NCBI GenBank assembly: GCA_018714965.1
Contig: DVML01000022.1
Span: forward strand, 1,065-65,064
Direction: 5' to 3'
Source of the DNA: Candidatus Fimihabitans intestinipullorum
Lineage (GTDB): Bacteria; Bacillota_I; Bacilli_A; RF39; UBA660
DNA length: 64,000 nt
In this document: in pieces, positions 26,293 to 37,400 of the stretch
Numbering within the stretch: the first letter of the stretch is position 1
Layout: each line of letters starts with the position of its first letter
Made by a program: the position numbers and the translations under genes
The notes under the pieces: generated by a model
Database searches by the model: none
The model's input: only the letters and a program-made list of their open reading frames with translations
What the model was told of the DNA's origin: nothing

Positions 26293-27150
26293 ATGGCTAT
26301 TAACTTAGCGGAAAAATATGATAAGAAAGTTGTAGAAAGATTTAAACAAAAATCTTTGACAGAAGCATTCATCAATCGCGATTATGATTGGACGGGTGTT
26401 TCAACAGTTAAAGTGTATAGTATTCCTACTGTACCATTGAATGATTATACAAGATCAGGGACGAGTCGTTATGGTACTCCTACTGAATTAGAGGATACTA
26501 TCCAAGAAATGAAGGTAAGTCAAGATAAATCATTTACGTTCACTATTGACAAAGGAAACAATCAGGATCAGTATAATGTAAAAGATGCTGGTAAAGCATT
26601 AGCACGTGAAATTGATGAAGTAATTGTTCCAACGAAGGATAAATATCGCGTGGCTACAATTGTAACTGCAGGTGTAAAAGCAGGAGGAACAAATACTACA
26701 CCAACTAAATTAACTAAAACGACTGCCTATGAGGCATTTTTAGATGGACAAGCATATCTTGATAACCAAAACGTACCAGTTGCTGGACGCGTTGCAGGTA
26801 TTAGTGCATCAACATATAAACTTTTAAAATTAGATCCAAGTTTTATTAAAAATAGTGATTTAGGTCAAAAAGTTGCCTTTAATGGACAAGTTGGTGAAAT
26901 TGATGGTGTTAAAATCATTAAATTACCTGATGGATATCTTCCAGAAGGATGTGCATTCTTTATTACGCATCCAAGTGTAACAGTTTCGCCAGATAAATTA
27001 CAAGATTATAAGATCCATAATTGTCCTCCAGGAATCAATGGAAATCTTGTGGAAGGACGTGTTCGCTATGATGCGTTTGTGTTAGATGCTAAGAAAACAG
27101 GTATCTATGCTTATCAAAACACTGCAGTTTCAACTGGTGAAGAAGCTTAA
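26293..27150 (+). CDS. Major capsid protein
   Basis: 285 aa; MAINLAEKYDKKVVERF...VKVYSIPTVPLNDYTRSG..RYGTPTEL, an N-terminus typical of Firmicute phage coat proteins; followed by two terminator hairpins. Confidence 0.7.
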   Translation: MAINLAEKYDKKVVERFKQKSLTEAFINRDYDWTGVSTVKVYSIPTVPLNDYTRSGTSRYGTPTELEDTIQEMKVSQDKSFTFTIDKGNNQDQYNVKDAGKALAREIDEVIVPTKDKYRVATIVTAGVKAGGTNTTPTKLTKTTAYEAFLDGQAYLDNQNVPVAGRVAGISASTYKLLKLDPSFIKNSDLGQKVAFNGQVGEIDGVKIIKLPDGYLPEGCAFFITHPSVTVSPDKLQDYKIHNCPPGINGNLVEGRVRYDAFVLDAKKTGIYAYQNTAVSTGEEA

Positions 27151-27234
27151 GATGAACTTTAATAATTGAGAGACTTATGGTCTCTTGATATAAGAAGCTA
27201 AGCGATTAGCTTTTTATATAAGGAGATGATAAAC

Positions 27235-27642
27235 ATGACAGGCGAAGAAATTTTCATTATGACGATGGCGATGATTGATGAGATGCTTGAATCTGGGGAA
27301 TTAGATGCTACTACTACAGGAGAATATAGAGCAAAGACTCCACACATTCTAACTTTATTACAAAATGAAATTATTGGCATTGAGAATAGATATCGTGCTT
27401 TTGATGAACAAATAAAACCAGTGAAAATAGAGGATTTAGAGCAAACAGTACAAGTCGACGACATAAAAGCAAATACCTTGTTGACAAACGGCTTAGCAGC
27501 TCATTTGATGTTGCATGAGAACAAAGCACTTGCTAATTTCTTTCAGCAGAGATATGAAGAAATGAGAAATACATATTTAGTCCCTACTCCAGCGAAAATA
27601 ACAAAAAAGCAAGATGTTTATGGTTCAAATTTAAATTATTAG
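27235..27642 (+). CDS. Hypothetical head-completion/connector protein
   Basis: Called from position only; start trimmed to the ATG at 27235 after AAGGAG. Confidence 0.4.
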   Translation: MTGEEIFIMTMAMIDEMLESGELDATTTGEYRAKTPHILTLLQNEIIGIENRYRAFDEQIKPVKIEDLEQTVQVDDIKANTLLTNGLAAHLMLHENKALANFFQQRYEEMRNTYLVPTPAKITKKQDVYGSNLNY

Positions 27643-27656
27643 ATTGGATGATGTAA

Positions 27657-29462
27657 ATGGCAAATATAACTACAACAGAAACACTTAATCCGATATCTAT
27701 TACTAAGTTTTTGGGATTGAACTTATCAGATACCGGAGACCATCAAATAAAAGATGGAGAGAGCGGTAATATGATCAATTTTTACATCACAGATGATTAT
27801 AAATTGCGAAAAATGTATGGGTATAAAGAAGTAAAGAAATTCACAGATGTCCCACAAGGAATATATGAAACTAATATGAATGGTATTAATTATGTTTTAT
27901 ATGCAACAAATGGACATTTATACGCAGTGCAATCAGAATACTTCACAAATGAAGAATTGTGGGAAGAAATGAGTCCGACTGATCTAGGAGAATTAACTGA
28001 TGATGAAACGACATTTTTTTCTTTCGATGAGAAAGTGTATGTGATGAATGGGCATGAGTATAAAGTATGGGACGGAGAAACATTTAAGGATGTAGATGGC
28101 TATATTCCTAAGGTAATGATTTCTACAAAACCAGATGGTTCAGGAACGTTATATGAACAAATTAATCTCTTAACTGGAAAGAAGCATCAAACCTTTAATG
28201 GAGATGGTACAACAAAAGAATACCAATTAATTGAAAAACAAATTACGTCTGTAGATAAGGTGATTGTGAATACTGTAGAGTTAGAAAACGATAAGTATAG
28301 TATTGATTTAGTGAATGGGAAAGTAACATTTGATGTTGCACCAAGTGAGGCAATGGATAATGTAGATATTTATTGGTCCAAAACAAACAACGATAGACAT
28401 TTTATTGAAAATATGAGAGCTTCTATTTTATTTGGTGGTGGAGTAGACACAAGAGTTTTCTTGTATGGAAATAGAAATGAACAAAATAGAATTAGATATA
28501 GTGCGGTTGCTGATTTAGTTCCAAGTGTGGAATATTTTCCTGGAGTAAATCAAATCGATATAGGAGCTGATAATTTTGCTGTTACTGATTTAAGAAGACA
28601 TTATGATAGGTTACTTGTAACTACAAATAAGCCTGATGCTTATTATATTGCTCTTAGTACATTGGATGTAGATGGACAAACAACACTATCCCCAGAAACG
28701 TTTCCATTAAATGAGGTACATGGGAATGTAGCATTTAATCAAGGACAAGTAATTGATAATGATCCAGTTACGATTGATCCGAATGCAATTATTCGATGGA
28801 AATCAACAAATGTTCGTGATGAAAGAAATATGAAAGATATTTCTCAAAGAATTAAACTAGATTTAGTAAAAGAAAATTTGTCTTATTGTAAAACAGTTGA
28901 TTTTCAATCTAAGAACCAATTATGGATTGGAATTGGAAATAAAGTATATATTTATAATTACTATAATGATACATTTTCATATCTTAATTTGGCACATGAA
29001 ATTAAACAGTTATTTGTCGTTTCTGATAATTTATTTATGATTACAGAAACAGGAGAAATTATGAAGTTTGGTGAAGAGTATCAAACATTCAATGGGACAA
29101 CAATTAAAGCCCATTGGGAAATGAATTTTAGTGACTTTAAAGCCCCATATTTACGAAAAACGATGAATAAATTGTGGGTATTAATGCAACCACAGGCATA
29201 TTCTAGTGCAGAAATAGGATATATTACTAACCGAAATGAATTAATTACTAAAAAGAAAATTAGTTATAAATTGACTATCTTAGATAATGTGGATTTTAGT
29301 GATTTTTCATTTCAAGTTTCTAATAATCCACAACCATTTAGATTAAAAATGAAAGCAAAGAAATTTACTAATTTAAAAATTGTAATAGAAAATAATGAAG
29401 ATACTGATTCTACTATATTGGCACTAACGTTGAAAGTTGAATATGGTGGAGAAAGTAAGTAA
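27657..29462 (+). CDS. Large virion structural protein (putative tail/adaptor)
   Basis: 601 aa; structural module; no family recognised by eye. Confidence 0.45.
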   Translation: MANITTTETLNPISITKFLGLNLSDTGDHQIKDGESGNMINFYITDDYKLRKMYGYKEVKKFTDVPQGIYETNMNGINYVLYATNGHLYAVQSEYFTNEELWEEMSPTDLGELTDDETTFFSFDEKVYVMNGHEYKVWDGETFKDVDGYIPKVMISTKPDGSGTLYEQINLLTGKKHQTFNGDGTTKEYQLIEKQITSVDKVIVNTVELENDKYSIDLVNGKVTFDVAPSEAMDNVDIYWSKTNNDRHFIENMRASILFGGGVDTRVFLYGNRNEQNRIRYSAVADLVPSVEYFPGVNQIDIGADNFAVTDLRRHYDRLLVTTNKPDAYYIALSTLDVDGQTTLSPETFPLNEVHGNVAFNQGQVIDNDPVTIDPNAIIRWKSTNVRDERNMKDISQRIKLDLVKENLSYCKTVDFQSKNQLWIGIGNKVYIYNYYNDTFSYLNLAHEIKQLFVVSDNLFMITETGEIMKFGEEYQTFNGTTIKAHWEMNFSDFKAPYLRKTMNKLWVLMQPQAYSSAEIGYITNRNELITKKKISYKLTILDNVDFSDFSFQVSNNPQPFRLKMKAKKFTNLKIVIENNEDTDSTILALTLKVEYGGESK

Positions 29463-29473
29463 GGAGGTAAAAT

Positions 29474-29809
29474 ATGGCATTGACAAAACTTACTAAAAAT
29501 TTAAATCATATACAAGGATTGAGTGATCGTCCGAATACAGCAGACGGTTTAACAGCGTCAAAATTAAAAGAAAAATTTGATCAAGCTGGAAATGATATTA
29601 AAGATTTTATAAATGAAAGCCTTATTCCAGAACTTGATGATAGTTTTAAAAATGATACGATTGCAGAAGATGATCCACGTTTGACAGATTCCAGAAAATG
29701 TAATAATGAATTTGATAATTATTTGGTTGCATTAGAAAATTTGCATATTAAAAGAGGAACATCTCTTCCTTCTACAGCTCAGGAAGATGATGTTTTTTTA
29801 TTATATTAA
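29474..29809 (+). CDS. Putative fibre/appendage-associated protein
   Basis: N-terminal LSDRPNTADGLTASKLKEKFDQAGNDIKDFINE resembles the N-termini of Firmicute phage fibre proteins. Confidence 0.35.
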   Translation: MALTKLTKNLNHIQGLSDRPNTADGLTASKLKEKFDQAGNDIKDFINESLIPELDDSFKNDTIAEDDPRLTDSRKCNNEFDNYLVALENLHIKRGTSLPSTAQEDDVFLLY

Positions 29810-29818
29810 AGGTGAACT

Positions 29819-30589
29819 ATGCAAGAATTTGCAAGACTTAATTTTTCTGCTGGAAGTTATCGCTTATTGTGGGAGCTTGTTTCACAAAATAAAACTGAAA
29901 ATTATTCTACTATAAGATTACAAGCTGTTATTACAGTTACGAACAATTATATTTCATGGGATCGAGGCAATGCGAGAATATATGACGATAGTTTTGGACT
30001 TTCCAGAACTTATTATAGAGGAGATAATGTAGTACGTGATATTACAAGAAATATATGGCATGATTCTAATGGAAAGAAGACTGTATATATTGATGGTAGT
30101 ATTGATACAACATTTATGTTTAATGGTACCTGTGGTGGTAATATTACTTTACCAGATATACCTAGAAATGCTACATGTACATCTTCACCAGATTTAATAG
30201 TTAATGGCAAAAAAACAAAACATGATCTATATTTTAATAATCCTGGGAATTATTGGTTAAGAATAGAATATGTGTGGAGTAATACTGTACAAATTGGAAA
30301 AAACATGGGGCAAGGTACTCATCACACAATCACTTTTACACAAGGTGAATTAATGAAATTATATAAAAGAGATAATTTTATTTTACGTACTGTAACACAT
30401 TCAAATGGATCATATAATTCAATGATTGGTTATACCGATAAAGAAGGAAAAACAACACATCAAGGTGTTGTTAGAGTGTATAAAAACAATTCTTGGAAAA
30501 AAGGATTGTTTTTTGTTTATAAAAATAAAAAATGGAATTTGGCGACTGTCAATATTTACAAAAATAAGAAATGGAACGGTGGTAAGTAA
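29819..30589 (+). CDS. Putative structural protein
   Basis: 256 aa; the C-terminus carries three YKN(N/K)xW repeats. Confidence 0.4.
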   Translation: MQEFARLNFSAGSYRLLWELVSQNKTENYSTIRLQAVITVTNNYISWDRGNARIYDDSFGLSRTYYRGDNVVRDITRNIWHDSNGKKTVYIDGSIDTTFMFNGTCGGNITLPDIPRNATCTSSPDLIVNGKKTKHDLYFNNPGNYWLRIEYVWSNTVQIGKNMGQGTHHTITFTQGELMKLYKRDNFILRTVTHSNGSYNSMIGYTDKEGKTTHQGVVRVYKNNSWKKGLFFVYKNKKWNLATVNIYKNKKWNGGK

Positions 30590-31467
30590 TGGATTATAAC
30601 TATGAAGCAGATTTACAAAGATTAAAAGAGCAACAACAAAAAAAAGCGATGGAAGATTTAAAAAATCAACAAAATCAATCTTTATCAAATTTAAATGCAG
30701 AAGAAGCTACGATTAAGCCAACGTACTATAAGAAAAAAGACACTGCTAATGTACAAAATCAATTAGCTTCAAAGAATTTTGCAGAATACTTAGCTAACAG
30801 CGGTCGTTCTAATAGTGGAATAGGTGCTCAATACGAAATGAGTAGACAAGCGACTTTACAACGTAATTTGAATGAACTCAATACAGAAGAGGCGGCTGCA
30901 ATTGCTGACATCAATCGAAGAAAAACTGATGTTAATAATGCATATGAAAGTGGCTTAGCGAGTGCTAATGCTCAGATAGAAGCAGATTATATTACAAATT
31001 TATTAAATGAGAGACAAAAGGCTTGGGAACGTCAACAAGCAGAAAAAGAATTTAATGAATCTGTAAGACAATTTAATGCACAATTAGCACTGTCACGCGC
31101 AAGCAGAAGTAGTGGTGGAAGTCGCAGTAGTTCATCCAAAAGCTCCGGATCGGGAACATTACAGTGGAAACCAAATAGTGCTTATCAAGCTGTTGAATCT
31201 GGGAATTATGTAACTTATATTGACAAGAGTAATGCAAATAATAAGTTGACAGTTCCTAAAGGATATAATCCATTTACAGGAACATATAATCAAGATTTAC
31301 AATATGGTTCATTTGGCCCATATCAACCAAATAATGTTGGTGGTAACAAATTGACGAAAACTGGTAAGATGGTAACTTTTAATGGACAAAAACAAAATTT
31401 ATATCAAACGAGTGATGGAACAAAATGGGTATGGAATGGACAAACGAATAGTTATGAGTATTATTAG
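30589..31467 (+). CDS. Putative structural/internal protein
   Basis: 292 aa; Gln/Asn-rich coiled coil, Ser/Arg-rich linker SRSSGGSRSSSSKSSGSG. Confidence 0.4.
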   Translation: MDYNYEADLQRLKEQQQKKAMEDLKNQQNQSLSNLNAEEATIKPTYYKKKDTANVQNQLASKNFAEYLANSGRSNSGIGAQYEMSRQATLQRNLNELNTEEAAAIADINRRKTDVNNAYESGLASANAQIEADYITNLLNERQKAWERQQAEKEFNESVRQFNAQLALSRASRSSGGSRSSSSKSSGSGTLQWKPNSAYQAVESGNYVTYIDKSNANNKLTVPKGYNPFTGTYNQDLQYGSFGPYQPNNVGGNKLTKTGKMVTFNGQKQNLYQTSDGTKWVWNGQTNSYEYY

Positions 31468-31481
31468 AAGGGAATGATTGT

Positions 31482-34400
31482 GTGAAAAAAATTGATTTAT
31501 CAAAATATAGAAAAGCACAGAATGTTCGAATTATTGATGATGATGAAGAGAATATAATGCCAATTGACTATTCTAAGTATAAAAAAGCTAACCTATCTCA
31601 AGAAGCAATTGATATTATAAATGATTATGATCAGCATAATAATAAAAATAAAATTAAAACAACGGTTAACGTTGTTAATAATAAGCCGAATGAAGATGGA
31701 TATACTGATACCGGTAAAAAACTCGGCGATTATGATTATTATGATTACAAAAATAGAGGTCAATATAAAATTTATTCTAAAGACGGAAATTACTATTATT
31801 ATGATGAGAAAAATAAGAGCTATAATACCGTAAACGAACAACGTATGACTACAAAAGAAGAGGATCGAAAACAATATGAAGAAGCTGTAAAGCTTGGCTT
31901 TAAAGGAAATAAGAGTAAATTATCGTTAAATGATCAGTTAAAACTAGATACCTCAAATTTAACTAAAGATGAATATAAAGAATATGAAAAGGATCTTGAA
32001 CGTCAGGAAAACAAACGTGCTAAAGATAGTGAAATACGTTATGGTGGGCCAGGACTAAAAGGAAGTTTAGGAGAAATAAAACAAGGAATAAAAAATATTG
32101 GTGAAAATTTAATTGATCCGATCGCAAGAACTCCAGAAAATATTAAAATAGGGCAGTTAAATGAAAAACTTGGTCGAGAAGCTTATAAAAAAATGGAAGG
32201 TAAGAAAAATAATTATGATGAAGTTAAGCGACAAGTTGATAACTATACTAAATTTAATCAGGATATCGTTACAAGCGAAAATCTTATCGATCAAAACACA
32301 CAAAATATGCCGAATCAAATATCGGCTTTTTTAAGTGGTGTAAAAGGTGGAGGAATCGGTGGTGTTGTAGGAGGATTAGCAGGTGCCACTATTGGAACGG
32401 TAGCCACGGGAAATCCAAGCGGAACAGCTACCGGAGCTGTGCAAGGAGCGAAACTGTTAGGTGGAGCTGGATATGTTGGAGGACAAGCAAAATATACATA
32501 TGAGTTAGAATCTGGGTATCAATATCAAGCGTTGTTAGACTTAGGAGTTCCAGAAGATATCGCTAAAGAAGAAGCTAGAAAAGTAGGAACAACAAATGCA
32601 TTGATAGAATCCGGTGAAAGCTTATTAGATTTGGTTACATTGGGAAAAGCCTCTCAAGTTCGACAAATGCTAACAGATGGTTTAGTCAAAAAATACGGAT
32701 TAGAGACTGTAAAAGATTGGACTAAAGGAGCAGCAACTTCTTATGTCACAAATGTCGCTAGTGAAGGTATTGAAGAAGGACTACAGGAATATAGTTCGAT
32801 TCAAGGAGAAAAACGTGCAACCAAAAAAGCTGGTATAGAAAGAGATGATTCACAAGATTTTGAAAGAATTAAAGATAGTACCATAGCAGGAAGTTTTGGG
32901 GCGTTGCTTTCTGGCGCAGTTACGCGTCCCACAGGTGTTTTTACTAACAGGTATGTAAATAGTAAAATTGGAGGATCAGCCAATAATAATATTCAAAATA
33001 GTTCTTTAACAGAACGATCAATCCAAAATACCGCGAATGCATTGAATTTAGGAAATCTGAATACAAATAATCTTTCAGTTGTTAATAATTCTACCGACGG
33101 TAAAACAACGACTAATAACTTTGTTGAAAGCGCTAGAACATACAACATAGATATTTCTAATAACACAATTAAAAATATCGATAAAACTCTTTCTAATAGA
33201 GGAATTGTATCAAGGTTTGATGCTAGTGAATTTACTAATAATAATGAAAATGCTTTTTGGAAAGTCAATAGCGACGGAACACGGGAAGTTGTGTTCAACC
33301 CAAAGGCTAAAACAAATGATTTATTAGAGAATGTCGCTGTTCATGAATTATACCACGATATATCTAAGTCTGAAGATGGGCAAAAGATAAAAGACGAATT
33401 GTTAGACTTTGCTAAAACAAAAGAAGGATACGAAGAGGCTAGAAAGTCATTGGAACAATTATATTCTAATAAATATGATCCTAATAGTGATCAATTTAAG
33501 ACACTTGTTGATGAAGAAGCAGTAGCTAGTATTCTTGGGAAGAAGTTAGGAAATCAAGAATTCGTTAATTCATTAACCGTAGAAAAACCATCAGTCGCTA
33601 AAAGTGTATATAACTGGGTAGTAGATAAACTTAACAAATTAAATAAACTAACAGGATATAAAAGCGAAAAATTGTTTTGGAAAGACGTAAAAAGCAAGTT
33701 TGACAGTGCTTATAGGAGCAATGTTGATTTTGATGTTGATAGCCGTTTTATGATTACAGGATATAAAGCTGCTAAACAATTGGACAAAAATTTTAAAACA
33801 AAGGAATTTTCGGAGAATTATAAAGAAGCTATAAAAATGGAAAAACATGGTGCTTTAAAGGATAAAATCAGAAAAGAAACTGGATGGTATAAAGATGTTA
33901 ATGGTGATTGGAAGTTCGAAATTAGTGATAAATCTTCAGAATTAAAGATTTCCCCTAAAGCATTTACTGATTATAAATTGAAAGAACTATTGGATCACAA
34001 TATTTTATACAAAGCTTATCCATTTTTAAAAAATACAAACGTTAAATTTTCTAAATTACCAGAAACGACGAGAGGTAAAACAGACAAGTTGACTGGAAAT
34101 ATATATATAAACAATAATTTGATAGGGAATGATTCGCAAATAGAAAGAACACTACTGCACGAAATCCAGCATAAGGTCCAAAGGAAAGAAAAGTTTCAAG
34201 GTGGAACGACACAATATAGAGAAAACTCATATGAAAGATATAGAAACAATTTTGGAGAGACGGAGGCAAGAGAAACATCACAAAGAAAGAAACTTAATTT
34301 TGAAGAAAGACTTGCAACTCCATCATATACACAAACATATAATAAGCAATCGAAGAAAAAACTATATACGAAAGAAGATACAAAGTGGTATAATTATTTA

Positions 34401-37400
34401 AAAGGAGATCGAGATGTTGAAGAAAATTTGGAAAGCTCTAAAAAGACTATACGATTACATCAGATGGGTGGAATAGAGGAACTAGATAATAGTTCTTTTT
34501 CTTTTGATAAAAATAAAACAAGATCATTATCTAATACTGATAATCAAGGAAGAAAATTATCAAAAGGACAACAAGAATTTTTCAAAGACAGTAAAGTAAG
34601 AGATAATAATGGAAATTTAATTACATATTATAATGGTTCTGACAATTTTAATGTTTATGATAAGAATAAGTTAAGCAACAACAGTAAATGGGGTAAAGGA
34701 ATTTATCTTACAAAATATAAAGATATAGCAAGTATGTATGGTAATAATATCAAAGAATTATATGTTAATATTAAAAATCCTATAAGTAGTACGAAAAAAA
34801 CAATTTCTTTTGAAGAATATAATGAATTGTATAAAAAAATAAATGATGGAGAAAGTGGATACATAGAAGAATATAGTATGTATGATAATGATTTAGATTT
34901 ACTATGGGATATGACAAATAGTGGGAATTGGGCTGATTATGCTAAGGAAATAAGAGAAATTACTGGAAAAGATGGACTTATAATAAATGATGATAACAAA
35001 GCAGAAGATATGGTTATTGCCTTTGAGAGTAATCAATTAAAAAGTGTAGATAATCTTAACCCAACAAATACCGAAGATATAAGATATTCACAAAACAGTA
35101 ATAAATGGCAAGGATTCGTAGATCAAAATTTCCAAACCGAAGGAACAGGACATACATTGTCACAGCTAAAAACAAATAAAGTATTGAATCCAACTGAAAT
35201 TGCTAGTTTGACTAGAGAAGATGCTGGTACGACTCCAAATCTCCCAGACGTAAAAGTACCAAAGGGAGATAAAAAATCTAAGTTTACTAAAAACATATCA
35301 GAAAAAACGAAGATGTTAACTGAAGAAAATAGAAAAAAACTATCTCAAGAAAAAGATGTAGCTTTCTATAAAGGAATTACTAATAAACAAAGCCTAGAAG
35401 AAGCTTATGATAGATTAAATGATGGTGGAAGTGGCGAAACATTAAATTGGATATCACGAAATAGCTATGATAAGGATGGGAAATTAAAGAAAAAACCAAC
35501 AGCTACAGATGTGGCAGAAGGATGGATCTTACTAAAGCAATATCAAGATGCTGGTGATTATGATTCAATGGTACAAGTTGCCAAAGTTATGAGACAAATG
35601 GGTACGGAGTCTGGACAAGCAATACAAGCATATAACATTATGTCAAGATTAACACCTGAGGGAATGGTTAAATATGCACAGAGTGAATTGGGCGAAGCCT
35701 ATGATCGTATGGTGAAAAATAAAACGAAAAAGTGGATTGAGAAAAATCGAGATAAATTTACACTTACACCTGACGAAACAGCATATATTGTGAACAACAT
35801 AAAAGAGGCATCCGAATTACCTGATGGATACGAGAAAAAAGTTAAATTAGCGCAGATTCAAAGCCTAATTTCTAATAAATTACCACCTGCTCGTGGAGCT
35901 GGTATTAAAGCATGGATGCGAATTTCTATGCTTTTTAATTTGAAGACACAAATTAGAAATATAATGGGAAATGCAGTAATCACCCCAGTAAATGCTATAG
36001 GTGATACATTTTCGGCGCTTATGGATAAACAAATTGCTAAGAAGACAGGAGTTAGAACAACGGGGGCTCCTAATGTGAAGAATTTTGCAAAAGGATTTAA
36101 AAAAGGTCTTTATGAAAGTTGGAATGATTTTAAACTGGATATTAACACTAGGGATATGCAAGGAAATAGATTTGAAATTGGAGAAGGTAAGTCTTTTACT
36201 GATCAAACAAAAGTAGGAAGAGCATTAAATAGAACTGATAAAATATTAAGTTTCATGCTAGATGCTGGAGATAGGCCGTTTTATGAAGGAACATTTATAA
36301 ATTCAATCAATAATCAGAAAATTCTCAATAACACAAACAAAGTCACTCAAGATATGATTGATATTGCAACTACAGAGGCCCTACAGAGAACGTGGCAAGA
36401 TAACAATGCATATACAAAGTTTGTATTAAATACTAGAAGAGGATTGAATTTCGGAATGAAATATGGATTAGGTGATGCTCTCATCCCTTTTGCTAAGACA
36501 CCTGCCAACTTAACTAAAGCGCTTATAGATTATTCTCCTGCGGGTTTAGTTACCACGTTAATAGAAGGTAAAAAACTTAAAAATGCAATTGAAACGAATC
36601 AGTTTACTCCACAGATGCAACATAAGTTTGTTCAAAATTTAGGAAAAGCGACAGCTGGAAGTCTCCTCTATATTCTTGGGTATATACTTGCAAAAGAGGG
36701 AATAACTACAGGTGCAAACGATGAAGATAAAGATGTTTCTGATTTTATGAGAAATACATTAGGTATTCAACCATATTCAATTAAAATAGGGAATAAAACG
36801 TTTACTTACGATTGGGCTCAGCCTGTTGCAACTCCATTTGCTATGATGGCAGATTTGCAAAAGAAAGATGAAGAGGCAGGAATATTGAATAAGGTTCTTA
36901 GTACTGCTGATGTCGGAGCAAATTTACTCTTACAACAATCCTTTATGGAAAGTATCGAAAATGTATTTTCTGATTATCAAAGTATTCCAAACGGAATAAT
37001 ACAACAGGTATTAGATCTTCCTTCTCGAGCAGTACCTACTCTTGTAAAACAGGTTAATGACATGATAGATACTACTCAAAGAACATCGTTTGAAAAAGGT
37101 GATAATTTAAAAACTGCTAAAAACAGAGTTAAGAGCAAAATCCCAGGAATGAGTACTGACTTAGCACCATCACGTGATAGTTTAGGAAGAGTAATAAAAA
37201 AATATGGTGGAGATGCCAATCTTTTTAACGTGTTTTTAAATCCGGCGAACACTAACAAAGGAAAAGTTAGCGATAGTGCAAAAGAAATATATAAGATATA
37301 TCAAAAAACTGGAGATAAAACAATTATGCCAAGAGTTGCTCCGTATTCTATTGTATCTGGTGGAAAATCCAAAACTTTAGACTCTAAAGAAAGAAGCGAA